A stretch of 64,000 nt of DNA from Promethearchaeota archaeon (lineage in GTDB: Archaea > Asgardarchaeota > Lokiarchaeia > Sigyniarchaeales > SOKP01), in contig JBHLON010000008.1 of assembly GCA_048940445.1 (NCBI GenBank), positions 23,134-87,133 of the forward strand, read 5' to 3'. The notes below the pieces were generated by a model. That model saw only the letters and a program-made list of their open reading frames with translations, did not search any database and was not told where the DNA came from. Shown here one piece after another: positions 10,778 through 21,147 of this stretch (the first letter of the stretch is position 1; each line of letters opens with the position of its first letter). A program made the translations under genes and the position numbers.

Positions 10778-10903
10778 TCAATTTTCTTTTTTCTTTTTTG
10801 TTAAATCGGTTAATATATTCCATGTACTTTTTACGCCTAAGGTCTTCAATTTTTCTCTTTCTTCTTCTAAATCTTCTTGATTATTATTTTCTGCTTCGTT
10901 CAT
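10778..10903 (-). CDS. Small charged hypothetical protein (41 aa)
   Basis: Manual translation MNEAENNNQEDLEEEREKLKTLGVKSTWNILTDLTKKKKEN*; purine-rich, coding-like composition. Confidence 0.4.
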   Translation of the reverse strand: MNEAENNNQEDLEEEREKLKTLGVKSTWNILTDLTKKKKEN

Positions 10904-11079
10904 TGCTCCAGACCAATACCTATCCTATTTTATATATTTATATGATGATTAGAATATCTTATCTATATATATAGATAATATAACCTTGATTTAAATTTAG
11001 ACTTAATATTATTAATATTGAATTTTATATCAATAATAATACCTTAAATAAAAATAAATTAAATAGCGGTAATTGATTC

Positions 11080-12048
11080 ATGCCAATATGTTATCATTGT
11101 GGACGAGAAACAAACGAATTATATCATTGTAGTAAATGTAATCAAAATTATTGTATATTCCATAAATTACCTGTTGATCATGAATGTGATTTTTTAATAG
11201 CAAACATACAATCTTATCAAGCACCTTCAATATCTACTCAATATGTAACGACTCCACAATCTCAAGATTTTATCTCTTCAGAGTCCCCAATAAGAGGTAC
11301 AACAGATGGTACATATACATGGTATCGTCAAGAAAAGTCTATTCCTGATAATGCATTTGATGCTAATTCAGGAATTGAATTTAAAGGTATTTTATTAGCA
11401 CACAAGTCAGAGTTTTTACATTTCTTGATTGGGATTGCCCTTATATTCCTTATAGGATTTATTTCATTTTTCGAACTTATTTATATGAATTATACTTGGG
11501 CTTTATTTATGTTAGCTACGTTTTATATGACGACTTTCCTTTTTCATGAATTAGGGCACCGTCAAGTAGCGATCCATTTCGGACTTCAAACTAAATTTAG
11601 ATTACTCACATTTGGAATGCTAATAACTAGTTTTAGTATCATTATTGGATTGTACGGATTATTTACATCCTCACCAGGATTACCCATGCTTGCTTTACCT
11701 GGAGCAGTTGTGGTTCTAGGTTTAGACAAAGTAAGCAGAAAAACAGGGTTATGCAAAGCAGCCGGTCCCTTTATCAATTTGATTTATGGGGGCATACTTC
11801 TTGTTCTGTCTTTTCTTATTCCAAAAGGATTATATCCTATAAATACTTTTATCGGATATGCGGCATATTTCAACTTTATGTTAGGAAGTTTTAACATGTT
11901 ACCATTTGGAATCTTAGATGGTCAAAATATTTGGAAATGGAATAAAAAGATTTATATTCTCCTAATAATGCCACTCCTCATACTCTTAATAATTACACTT
12001 TGGAGTATTTTTGCTCCATATGATGTTAATCCATATATACAGCGATAA
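11080..12048 (+). CDS. AN1-type zinc finger + site-2 protease (M50) intramembrane metalloprotease
   Basis: CYHC...CSKC...C..HKLPVDHEC; HELGH; AAGP; FNMLPFGILDG. Confidence 0.88.
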   Translation: MPICYHCGRETNELYHCSKCNQNYCIFHKLPVDHECDFLIANIQSYQAPSISTQYVTTPQSQDFISSESPIRGTTDGTYTWYRQEKSIPDNAFDANSGIEFKGILLAHKSEFLHFLIGIALIFLIGFISFFELIYMNYTWALFMLATFYMTTFLFHELGHRQVAIHFGLQTKFRLLTFGMLITSFSIIIGLYGLFTSSPGLPMLALPGAVVVLGLDKVSRKTGLCKAAGPFINLIYGGILLVLSFLIPKGLYPINTFIGYAAYFNFMLGSFNMLPFGILDGQNIWKWNKKIYILLIMPLLILLIITLWSIFAPYDVNPYIQR

Positions 12049-12145
12049 TTAAATGGAAATATTAAAAAACAATCAAAAGAATTATGAAGTAAAAAGTTTT
12101 TTATTAAGTATAATATGTGTAATTTTTTTTCAAATTAATAAGTGA

Positions 12146-13081
12146 GTGGAATTGGCTTTCTGTGAATACTGCGGAGAAAAAATTGGCTATTTACCATTTA
12201 AATGTAAATACTGTGGAGGAATATTCTGTAAGAAGCATAGATTACCTGAAAATCATCAGTGTTCTTTTGAGCTTAAGCACGTTCCTTTAGTTCCTGTAGA
12301 TGCCAAAGAGATTCCTATGTATAACACCAAAGAAGCTAAAGTAACTGTACAAGAAGACTCATTTAAAGCTCCAAAAGCATTGAAAAAGTATTTAAAACGC
12401 CAAGAAAGAGAAGTTAAATTAATAAGAAAACGCACTCACCCCTCTATTTGGGGACGATCTCACATTAAAGGCACATGGATTCTAATGGTGTTGATTTTAG
12501 GATTTTCGATTACAGGTTTTATTCTTTTATCTTATGGTATTGGTAGTTATATTTACTTTGATTTACATATCCTAATCTATGATTATCTATTCCAAACTAT
12601 TCTTACTAGCCTGTTTATATACCCAGTTTTCGGTGCTTTTGGATTTATTTTCTTCATTATGATGATATTTTTCTTATTTTTTATCTCTCGAAGTATTGAA
12701 TTAGGTTTTGGAACATCCTTTTTAATTAAACTTTTTTTACTTAGCTCTGCAACCTCTCTGTTAATTTTTATATTACTGAGATTAGTTTTTATCGGTTTAT
12801 TCCCATTAGAATCGACAGTTATTTATTCTGGTTTTGCTTGGGGAGGAATTTATGGATTATTTTCATATATGATATTCCCGAATGCAAATAGGGAAATCAC
12901 TGCATTTCTTTACTTTTTCCCCATTAGATTGAAAGGAAGAACATTTCTCATAATAATAGTCTTAATTAACTTATTACCAGTAATATTTTATGGATCTATA
13001 GCTCTTTTAATTTATATTCCAGCACTTGGAGGAATATTGTTTTCATATTTAGTTTATAAGTTTAATTGGAATTTATCTTAA
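12146..13081 (+). CDS. AN1-type zinc finger + rhomboid-like membrane domain (apparently inactive)
   Basis: CEYC...FKCKYC...FCKKHRLPENHQC; about 6 TM segments; GFAWGGIYGL and PALGG in place of rhomboid GxSG and AHLGG. Confidence 0.7.
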   Translation: MELAFCEYCGEKIGYLPFKCKYCGGIFCKKHRLPENHQCSFELKHVPLVPVDAKEIPMYNTKEAKVTVQEDSFKAPKALKKYLKRQEREVKLIRKRTHPSIWGRSHIKGTWILMVLILGFSITGFILLSYGIGSYIYFDLHILIYDYLFQTILTSLFIYPVFGAFGFIFFIMMIFFLFFISRSIELGFGTSFLIKLFLLSSATSLLIFILLRLVFIGLFPLESTVIYSGFAWGGIYGLFSYMIFPNANREITAFLYFFPIRLKGRTFLIIIVLINLLPVIFYGSIALLIYIPALGGILFSYLVYKFNWNLS

Positions 13082-13146
13082 GAGTTTGAATTTCAAAAAA
13101 AATTATATCAATGATCTTTAATTAGTTCTTTTAACCTTATAAATAG

Positions 13147-13815
13147 TTGGATTTTATGCCAAAGGAAGAAATTTCAAAAATTATTGAATTAAATGAAGAT
13201 TTAATAAAGAATAATGATGAATTAGCTCTCCAAAACTCAGAACATTTCAAAAAGTATAAAATTCGCTGTTTTGAAATCGTTGGAGCAATTGGAGCAGGTA
13301 AAACAGCCTTAATTGAAGCATTAGTCAAAAAATTATCTAATGAACTACAGATTCTTGTGATTAATGGTGACGTTACGACACGAGTGGATGCGAATCGGAT
13401 TGAAAAGCACGGAGTTAAAACAATTCAAATTAATACTGGTACTGAATGTGCGTTAAATTCCTATCATATCTCTCAAGTAGTTAAAAATTATGATATGAGT
13501 AAATACAATGTAATTTTTATCGAAAATGTTGGAAATCTAATTTGCCCCTCTGATTTTATTTTAGGAGCTGAAAAAAGGATATGCGTAGTATCTATTACTG
13601 AAGGTGAATGGGTCATAGAGAAACATCCTATGCTTTTTAAGATGTCTGATTTAGCTGTAATTAATAAAATCGATTTATTAGATGTTATGGTTGTCAATGT
13701 TGATAAGATGATAGATGATGCTAAGGGGATTAATCCTCACGTTAAAATAATAAAATCTAGTGCAGTAACAGGAGAGGGCATACCAGAGTTGATAGAAACG
13801 CTGTTTCAAAAGTAG
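13147..13815 (+). CDS. hypB: Hydrogenase nickel incorporation GTPase HypB
   Basis: GAIGAGKT, INTGTEC, ENVGNLICP, KHP, NKIDL, SAVTGEG. Confidence 0.9.
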   Translation: MDFMPKEEISKIIELNEDLIKNNDELALQNSEHFKKYKIRCFEIVGAIGAGKTALIEALVKKLSNELQILVINGDVTTRVDANRIEKHGVKTIQINTGTECALNSYHISQVVKNYDMSKYNVIFIENVGNLICPSDFILGAEKRICVVSITEGEWVIEKHPMLFKMSDLAVINKIDLLDVMVVNVDKMIDDAKGINPHVKIIKSSAVTGEGIPELIETLFQK

Positions 13816-13886
13816 TATATTTTTAAATTAAGAATAAATGTAAGAAAACATATTAATAATAATAATACTAAAAATATTGAACCATA

Positions 13887-14315
13887 ATGTCCTTAAGACA
13901 GTATAATACAGAATTACAATCATTAATAGATAAAATTGTAAAGGTATATTTAGATAAAGATAAATTCTTCGTAGGATTATTGAAAGGAGTCAGTGAAGAT
14001 TCTAATATAATTCTTGAAAATGCAAAAAATGAGAAAAATAAAGACTTTCCTAAAGTCTTAATAAGAAGTACTTACTACTTTTTTATCACTGTTGAAGAAG
14101 AGCCCTTTCCTATGCAGGCTTTAGCAGATCGTATTGCTACTATCTTCTCAAAAGGTCATGTGAATTACATTGGAGATCAAAATATAATTTCAATTTTAAA
14201 TGGTAAAATTATTGTTGATGAAAATGGTGTGAGGGGTTCAGGTCCATCTGCAGAACGAGTAAAAAAGATATATGAACAATTTATATTAGATATTGAAAAT
14301 CCTTCAAAGGAATAA
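13887..14315 (+). CDS. Lsm/Sm-like protein with C-terminal domain (SmAP3-type)
   Basis: Sm-like N-terminus (VKVYLD..FVGLL..NIILENA), C-terminal DENGVRGSGPSAERVKKIYEQF. Confidence 0.8.
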   Translation: MSLRQYNTELQSLIDKIVKVYLDKDKFFVGLLKGVSEDSNIILENAKNEKNKDFPKVLIRSTYYFFITVEEEPFPMQALADRIATIFSKGHVNYIGDQNIISILNGKIIVDENGVRGSGPSAERVKKIYEQFILDIENPSKE

Positions 14316-14339
14316 TTTTTTTTAATATTTTAAATTTAA

Positions 14340-14849
14340 TTACTTCGAAAAAAGATCTAATAGATTTTTTAAATTTAAGGTTTGAATTATATTTTTCATT
14401 AACGCTTTCCCTTGAGGTGTCACTAATAAAACATTTGAATCTTCTGTTTTTCTTAAATAATCCTCTTTAATTAAAAATTCAATGTCGGATTCCCACACTT
14501 CGGAAAAGATCTCTTTTATATCTTCAATATTCAAATTATCATCAATTTCTTTACTTATAGCAAGAATTAATGCCAAAGTGCCATATTGAGAAGCTGAAAT
14601 TTTATCATCCTTTCCTTCAGCGGTTAGAATATAGAATGTTTCATTAAGAAATTTCGATTTAACAAATTCAAAACCAATATTTTTTAGCTTGAGATAGATT
14701 TCACCAATGACTTTATCAAAATCATATTCCTTGCACAAATTCTTGAGATCTTCTTCCCTAATCATATTTTGAGGTTGTGTTAAGATCGTTTTTGTCAATA
14801 ATTTAACAAGTTCTTCCATGATAATTACTTCAATTTTCTTTAATTTCAA
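14340..14849 (-). CDS. Tandem winged-helix protein, kite (MAGE/Nse3/Nse1)-like
   Basis: IREEDLK...FDKVIGEIYLKLKNIGFEFV...FYILT...YGTLALILAI pattern resembles the MAGE domain; inference. Confidence 0.5.
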   Translation of the reverse strand: MKLKKIEVIIMEELVKLLTKTILTQPQNMIREEDLKNLCKEYDFDKVIGEIYLKLKNIGFEFVKSKFLNETFYILTAEGKDDKISASQYGTLALILAISKEIDDNLNIEDIKEIFSEVWESDIEFLIKEDYLRKTEDSNVLLVTPQGKALMKNIIQTLNLKNLLDLFSK

Positions 14850-16512
14850 ATATTTTTACATACTCAATTTCCTTTTTAATTTCTATATTTGAAAGGATTA
14901 GAATTAAATTAAAATTACTTAAAAAATCAATTCTTTTAAATATAGGTATAATTTTTCTGAATGTTCTTAAAATAGAACCAGTCTTATTATAATCACTTGG
15001 AATAAATAAGTTTGAAAAGATAATATATTTCTCTTTTAAAACAATACAAATTGATAAATATAAGGTTATAATAAAGTACACTCTTTCTGGAGTCGTTAAT
15101 TCTTTAAATTTATATTCAACATTATCATTTTTCGTAAAAGAAGTACTTATGAAAAATTCAGTAGCAAGTTCATTAATTGTGATTTTAAAATGACTTGTTA
15201 ATTTAATCTCTGGTAAAAAATAATTTACTATCCTTTCAATTTCATTTAGTGTCGACTCAAATTTTCTATAACTATGAAGGGCTTCCAAGAAAGCCTTCTT
15301 ATTATTGTTTATAGTTAAAGTACCACCTTTTTTTGAAATAGTATCGGAAATATTTTTTAATTTTTCCTTCAATGATAATAAGTCTTGATCTTTCTCATCC
15401 TCAATTGACATTTTAGACTTTAATATTTCATTTAATTGTGAATCTACTTTCTTTATATCATCATTGATTTGTCTTAATGGTCTTAAAATGTTTACATTAA
15501 CTAAATCTCCGTGCTTTAGATTATCATCATGTTCTATTAATTTATCTTTCAATTCAGATTGTAATTCTTTAGCTTTCTTATCATCCTGCTCAATATTAAA
15601 TAAAATTTTTTCGTAATCATTTTTATAAATTTCATATTTCGGATAAATTGCATTTAGCTTTCTGATCAGATCTTCTTTCTGGGACTTTAATTGCTTAATA
15701 CTATATGAGAGTTCTTTTGCTTTTAATTGAAGTATACGGATTTTCTCCGAATTTGGAAGATTAACACCAATTCCTAAACCTTTTAAAGCTTCTTTATTTC
15801 CAGAAACATTTTCAGTTAATCTTGAAATTTGATTAATTTGGGAGAAGTACATCTTCTTTTCAGATTCTAATTCGTTTATTTTTAAATTATAATCATTAAT
15901 ATTATTCTCTATTTGATCAATTTGATTCTTCTGTATATAATAGTCTTTCTCTAAATATGATGCCTTCTTCCTATTATCTTCTATAGATTTTCTTATTTTT
16001 TTTAATAAATCTGAGAATGCATATAAATCTCGAGAACTTTTATAGGTTTTGGCAATTTCAAATTCATTATTTAGGGTTTCCTTTTTTCTCTCTAATGTAT
16101 TTAACTCTAAATTCAAGAGTAATAATTCCAAAATGTGAATATATTGAGAGACAATTTCAAAATTTTTGTTTATGACTTTATTTTGGTTATTTAAAATTTT
16201 TAAAAGTCTAGAGGTTTTTTCTAATTCATTTTTTTTTTTGATACCATTCAAAGTATTAAGAATTATTTCAAGTGGAATAATCTCTAAATGATTGCATAAT
16301 TCTGCAAAATTATTAATTTTGTATTGCTCTATAGAGTCGATTTTAAATTTACCTTTTATTAAAGTGAATTTATCTTCTATTTTTATTGCCTTAGAGCCAA
16401 CATTAATAGCAAAATGATCTTTCTGAATTATAAAATCACTCCAATTTTTAAGTATCTTCAAAATGCTTCTTAAATTTCTTATATTCTTCTTCTTTCTTAT
16501 TTTTTCTTTCAC
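14830..16512 (-). CDS. Long coiled-coil SMC/Rad50-like protein with degenerate C-terminal ATPase half
   Basis: About 300-aa heptad region; ELTTPERVYFIITLYLSI...YIIFSNLF aligns by eye to LSGGE.../ILDE; no Walker A seen. Confidence 0.5.
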   Translation of the reverse strand: MKEKIRKKKNIRNLRSILKILKNWSDFIIQKDHFAINVGSKAIKIEDKFTLIKGKFKIDSIEQYKINNFAELCNHLEIIPLEIILNTLNGIKKKNELEKTSRLLKILNNQNKVINKNFEIVSQYIHILELLLLNLELNTLERKKETLNNEFEIAKTYKSSRDLYAFSDLLKKIRKSIEDNRKKASYLEKDYYIQKNQIDQIENNINDYNLKINELESEKKMYFSQINQISRLTENVSGNKEALKGLGIGVNLPNSEKIRILQLKAKELSYSIKQLKSQKEDLIRKLNAIYPKYEIYKNDYEKILFNIEQDDKKAKELQSELKDKLIEHDDNLKHGDLVNVNILRPLRQINDDIKKVDSQLNEILKSKMSIEDEKDQDLLSLKEKLKNISDTISKKGGTLTINNNKKAFLEALHSYRKFESTLNEIERIVNYFLPEIKLTSHFKITINELATEFFISTSFTKNDNVEYKFKELTTPERVYFIITLYLSICIVLKEKYIIFSNLFIPSDYNKTGSILRTFRKIIPIFKRIDFLSNFNLILILSNIEIKKEIEYVKIFEIKEN

Positions 16513-17488
16513 GAATTAATTCTAAAGGGTCTTTATCTTCGCTCTCTTCAAAAGAGTTCTTATTCTCGAATGAGTCTTCGAATTGGGATTTAAATTCTTC
16601 TATTTTCTTCGAAATATTTTCTGGAATTTCAATTCTATCTTCACTTTTGCGTTTAATAGAAACTTCTTTTAATTTTTGTCGTTTCTTTCTACGTCTTAAC
16701 CTTTCAAATTCTCCTTTAGATAAGTGTAAATAATTTTCATAAGTCTCTTGTTGTTCTTGCTGTTTTTTTTTTAATTTTTCAATCTCTTCATTTTCTCTGA
16801 TCTTCTTTATAAAGTCCTCTTTTATTTGTAATTCTTCAGTGGTAAAGTTATGCTTTTTATCTTGAATAAACTGAAAAAAAGTTAAATTTGGATTCTTACG
16901 AAATTTTTGTTTGTATTCATCTCTTAAATCATCATCGACATCTTGAGGAATTCCATCTAAACCCCTTTCAAGTTTCTCTTGAATTAATAGATTATAAAAT
17001 TTAGATAATTTCCTTATAGTGTTTAAAAAGATTGAGTATTCTTTCAATGAACTAATTATATCTGACCATTGGTTTAAGTCAATAGAAGGAGTATAGGTTA
17101 TTCTATCAATTACTTTAGAGACATCTTTATTTTCTATTAAATCTAATCCGATTTTTTTTGTAAAATCTTTATCAATTTTTACTGCTTTTAATTTTTGTTT
17201 AACATTTTCTTTAAATTTCTTTACTAAGTTATCTTTATAAAAGTACAGTTGATTTAGGTTTTCTTTTAAAATCTCAATCATTCTATTGTTTAAATTATTA
17301 AAAATAGCCATTATTTCTTCATATTGATTAACAACAGTATTATCATTATATAATACTTCTGTTAAAGAATTCTTCTTTTCAGTCATGATCTTCTTAATTT
17401 CATTCAATTTATTTAGTTGAATTTGAAGATCATAAATTGGAGAACTTAATTCTTTAATTTTTTCGAGGTTAAATAATGAAAAATTCAT
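16448..17488 (-). CDS. Coiled-coil hypothetical protein
   Basis: 346-aa ORF, K/E-rich and helical; overlaps the next gene. Confidence 0.75.
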   Translation of the reverse strand: MNFSLFNLEKIKELSSPIYDLQIQLNKLNEIKKIMTEKKNSLTEVLYNDNTVVNQYEEIMAIFNNLNNRMIEILKENLNQLYFYKDNLVKKFKENVKQKLKAVKIDKDFTKKIGLDLIENKDVSKVIDRITYTPSIDLNQWSDIISSLKEYSIFLNTIRKLSKFYNLLIQEKLERGLDGIPQDVDDDLRDEYKQKFRKNPNLTFFQFIQDKKHNFTTEELQIKEDFIKKIRENEEIEKLKKKQQEQQETYENYLHLSKGEFERLRRRKKRQKLKEVSIKRKSEDRIEIPENISKKIEEFKSQFEDSFENKNSFEESEDKDPLELIRERKNKKEEEYKKFKKHFEDT

Positions 17489-17534
17489 ATATTTGAGGTC
17501 AATAGGATTTGTAATTATAATTTAATATAGTTGA

Positions 17535-18641
17535 TTAAATTTCTGGTGGACCTTCCATTTTGTCTGATCTATTTTCAATTGTTTTTTGAGAAGATTTTTT
17601 TATACTGCTTAAGATATCTTGACGTTCAACATGAATTGCAGTTCCCCCAACCAGCTTTAAAGCTTGGTAAAACATGTCATAAGTTAATATTTCTCTATTC
17701 ATAGCTTTCAATAATGCAACTTTGGTGCCTCGTTCAATATCAGAACCTGAATAACCATGAGTCAATTTTAAAATTCCCTCAATTTTACTCTTTTTTTGGA
17801 TTTCTCTCCAGAGTGTATTATCTTCAAATTCGGATATTTTTTCTCCAATTTTACGCTTTAAATCTTTTTCCAAACTCTGTAACTCTTCATACTCTTTATC
17901 TAGGCTTGCAAATAGGTATTCATCAACACCTATTTTAGCGTTTTTTATTTTTTGTAAAAAAGAATAAATTATTTTCTTTCTTAGATGAAAATCAGGGAAA
18001 TCAAATTGAAGATGAAAAGTAAATCTTCTCCAAATTGCAGAATCTAATTGATTTTGATGATTTGTCGCCCCAAAAATTGCTAATGGAACACCTTCATAGT
18101 TAATTCTATCAATAACTTGCAAAAATGAGATCACTGCCCTTTTAATTTCTCCTACTTCATGAATATTTGATCTTTCAGAGCCAATAGCATCTATTTCATC
18201 AAAAAATAAAATAAAAGCAGATCTTTCTCGAGCAATTTCAGCAGCTAAATCTACAACACGTCTTATCTGTTTAATAGTATCTCCTAAAAGGGGGGAAACT
18301 AATCTATCAGTTTCTACTACGCATATGGGAATTGCAAATTTCTTCGCAAATCCTCTCGTTAATGAAGTTTTACCGGTGCCTGGTGGTCCATATAAAAGAA
18401 CTGTTAAACTCGGATTTAATTTAGTTTCTTTTAACCGTTCAGTATAATCTTCATATTTATTTAGGGCATCAAAGAAATCGTTTAAAATTTCTTTTTTAAC
18501 TTCATTTCCTAGGATGTCTTCAACAGTTTCTTTTATTTCATATGGGAAGTATACAGCTCCATATTTACCCATTCTATCTTTAATGATATCATCAGTGTAT
18601 ATGATTTTTTTTTCACTTTCTTTATTACTAATAAATCTCAT
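17535..18641 (-). CDS. AAA+ ATPase (classic AAA clade)
   Basis: [43 protein letters not shown]. Confidence 0.92.
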   Translation of the reverse strand: MRFISNKESEKKIIYTDDIIKDRMGKYGAVYFPYEIKETVEDILGNEVKKEILNDFFDALNKYEDYTERLKETKLNPSLTVLLYGPPGTGKTSLTRGFAKKFAIPICVVETDRLVSPLLGDTIKQIRRVVDLAAEIARERSAFILFFDEIDAIGSERSNIHEVGEIKRAVISFLQVIDRINYEGVPLAIFGATNHQNQLDSAIWRRFTFHLQFDFPDFHLRKKIIYSFLQKIKNAKIGVDEYLFASLDKEYEELQSLEKDLKRKIGEKISEFEDNTLWREIQKKSKIEGILKLTHGYSGSDIERGTKVALLKAMNREILTYDMFYQALKLVGGTAIHVERQDILSSIKKSSQKTIENRSDKMEGPPEI

Positions 18642-18656
18642 CTCTTTTTTTGTAAT

Positions 18657-19973
18657 TTAATTATTTTTTCTTTCTTTTTCAAATTTTTCACAAAATTCTG
18701 CAATCTCAGAAATTAGGATTTTCAGATTATCTATTTCAGCCCCCATAAAGTTAAAAATTTCCTTTCTGTATTGAGGTGAGTCTCTAATTTTCATTTTATC
18801 TAAACCTAAATAATTTGGAAAGCAAATTAACTTCATAAGATATGGGAGGATCTTCTCATTTGTTTGTAAATCTTTAAAAATAGGGTAAAAAATATTCTCA
18901 TCAGACAATTTCCACTTCAAAATACCCATATAAATTAGAAAAGCAAAATTCATTGAAATCCAATTTATTAATTCTTTTGATAAAAACCCACGTCTTTGAG
19001 AAGCAAAAGCTAAGTAGTAGAGGAATAGTGTCTCATTACTAAACTGGGGATATAACCTGATAGTCCCATCAGATTGTTTATTTTCACGTAAAAAATTATT
19101 AGCTATTAATATGTTTACAAAATCTTCATGAAGCGTTAAAAAGATCTCATCTATTAATCTAAGACCTATTCTTTCAGAAATAGATTGTACAGCTTGTTCT
19201 TCAGCATTAGCAATTGAATCAATATAAGGTAGAAAAACATCAGTCTTTAATATCATTGGAATTTCATAATTTTCTTTTTCTGGATATTTTCCAAAATTTG
19301 GATCAAGATTAAAAAGTGATGTGATATTATTGATAAGTTGAGTCACTTTAGGGGATAAGGATGGTACTTCAAAAGTATCAGGAGTCTCTATTTTTTCACG
19401 ATAATATGTGTGGGATTGTAAAATGTGTCTTTGACATTCAAAAAAATGCTGAGCATTTTTTAATAATTTTTCATATATAAATTTCAAATTTACTCCCCTA
19501 GGAAAAACTACTGCCTCGATATACTTTACTAAATTATATAAATATGTATCTTCTAGATTAATTTCATCTGGATTTGTGATATGTCTTAATACATTTAAAG
19601 CATCTATTGATTCATGAAGGAAATCTACAATGTAATCTTTTATATCAATTAGAGGTATTTTTTCTCTATATTTAATAATAAAATCCTTAATAATCTCGTA
19701 AATATTTGATCTATACATAGCTGAGAATTCTGATAAAGCTCTTACTTTTCTAATATTTCTTTTTTCTTCCTCTTGTCGGATTTTATCTAAGACTTCTGTA
19801 TCAAATAAAAGATCTGCATCTAAATCGATAATAATTCTTCGGGTTTCTCTAAGAATTGGCCTCATATGGCTAATAAATGTTAAATATCTAGGAAGTATTT
19901 CTGTCCATTTCTCTCTTTTTCTTCCTGATTTAATTGTTGTTATTGATTTCTTTTTATAGCTTATTTCAATCAC
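18657..19973 (-). CDS. Hypothetical protein
   Basis: 438-aa ORF in a tight operon. Confidence 0.8.
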   Translation of the reverse strand: MIEISYKKKSITTIKSGRKREKWTEILPRYLTFISHMRPILRETRRIIIDLDADLLFDTEVLDKIRQEEEKRNIRKVRALSEFSAMYRSNIYEIIKDFIIKYREKIPLIDIKDYIVDFLHESIDALNVLRHITNPDEINLEDTYLYNLVKYIEAVVFPRGVNLKFIYEKLLKNAQHFFECQRHILQSHTYYREKIETPDTFEVPSLSPKVTQLINNITSLFNLDPNFGKYPEKENYEIPMILKTDVFLPYIDSIANAEEQAVQSISERIGLRLIDEIFLTLHEDFVNILIANNFLRENKQSDGTIRLYPQFSNETLFLYYLAFASQRRGFLSKELINWISMNFAFLIYMGILKWKLSDENIFYPIFKDLQTNEKILPYLMKLICFPNYLGLDKMKIRDSPQYRKEIFNFMGAEIDNLKILISEIAEFCEKFEKERKNN

Positions 19974-19989
19974 CCAATTTCATGAAATT

Positions 19990-21129
19990 CTATTCTTCTT
20001 TATATCCAACTAACACTTCAGTTAAGATATTACCTATACTGACAAAAATGGGTATTTCTACTCTAACCAACTGCCCTAAAATCCATTTATTAACATCTTT
20101 TAATAAAAATCGTATTTGATTTACAATTCTTTTATTAACTTCAGAATCTATTATCTCGGAAATCCACAAACCTCCTCCTAGTCTGTAGGCAACTATTTTA
20201 ATAAGAGGGTCAAATAAATTTTCTAATACCTGCTTCATCATCCAAGATTTTGGAACAATACTCATTTTAGTATCATCATAATTAGGATCATTTAAGATTG
20301 GACTTGTTTCATCAACTGAAATTTTTGGCAAAAAACTTAACAATAAAATTACAGAGAATATTGCTGAAATCCCATTAATAGTATAAGTTCCTCCAATTTT
20401 TTCTAGATCGTCCCTATTTATAGCAATATTTGCTAAGAACATACAAATAAAGACATTTCGGTCAAACTCCTCTGAAACATATGCATATCCTAACTCCTCA
20501 TCAATTACTAAATATTTCTCTTCAAGAATTTTAATGATATCCTCTGGAAAGGTATAAAAAGTATATTTTTTTTGGCTGCTAGTCCTCACATCTTTTTCTA
20601 CAACAAGCTCTTTTGATATTAATCCAAACATATTTATAAGTTGTTCAAGCTGCTTTTTCACATAATGCTTAGGTTTATTAGGATCTCCAAACATTGCAAA
20701 GAATTGGTGATCTACAATATGAAAGTCATTTCTTTTACTAAAGGCTTCAACCATCCTATCAATTATTGGACCTTGAGTTCCTATTACAATTGCTTTTGCT
20801 TTGGAGGTGACAAATCCATTTAACAATTCATTAATTATAAAATCTTGTTCATGAGTGCGTGATTTTAAAATTTTTTCAAATGCTAGAGAAAAATCCTTAG
20901 TGTTAGGAAAAAATGTGTTTTGTATCTTATCATTTATAGATTTAATGAAAATTTCCCCGTTGTTTTTAGGAAAAATTAATTTCATATCATTTAATCGTTG
21001 TATCAAAGCCTGTTTAGCACCTGGAATATTCTCAATGTCTCTGTTTTCAAGTCGTTCTATTGCATTCTCTAAACCCTTTTCAAAATCTAAAATTAATTTA
21101 TTCCAATCTGGATCTAAAATTTCAGCCAT
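19990..21129 (-). CDS. Hypothetical protein
   Basis: 379-aa ORF in a tight operon. Confidence 0.8.
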   Translation of the reverse strand: MAEILDPDWNKLILDFEKGLENAIERLENRDIENIPGAKQALIQRLNDMKLIFPKNNGEIFIKSINDKIQNTFFPNTKDFSLAFEKILKSRTHEQDFIINELLNGFVTSKAKAIVIGTQGPIIDRMVEAFSKRNDFHIVDHQFFAMFGDPNKPKHYVKKQLEQLINMFGLISKELVVEKDVRTSSQKKYTFYTFPEDIIKILEEKYLVIDEELGYAYVSEEFDRNVFICMFLANIAINRDDLEKIGGTYTINGISAIFSVILLLSFLPKISVDETSPILNDPNYDDTKMSIVPKSWMMKQVLENLFDPLIKIVAYRLGGGLWISEIIDSEVNKRIVNQIRFLLKDVNKWILGQLVRVEIPIFVSIGNILTEVLVGYKEE

Positions 21130-21147
21130 TTTATTTACAACTTTTTT

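Noticed and set aside
10690-10974. 94-aa plus-strand F/L-rich ORF (and similar short antisense ORFs throughout the track)
   Set aside because: The composition reflects the reverse complement of purine-rich coding or AT-rich DNA; no motifs.
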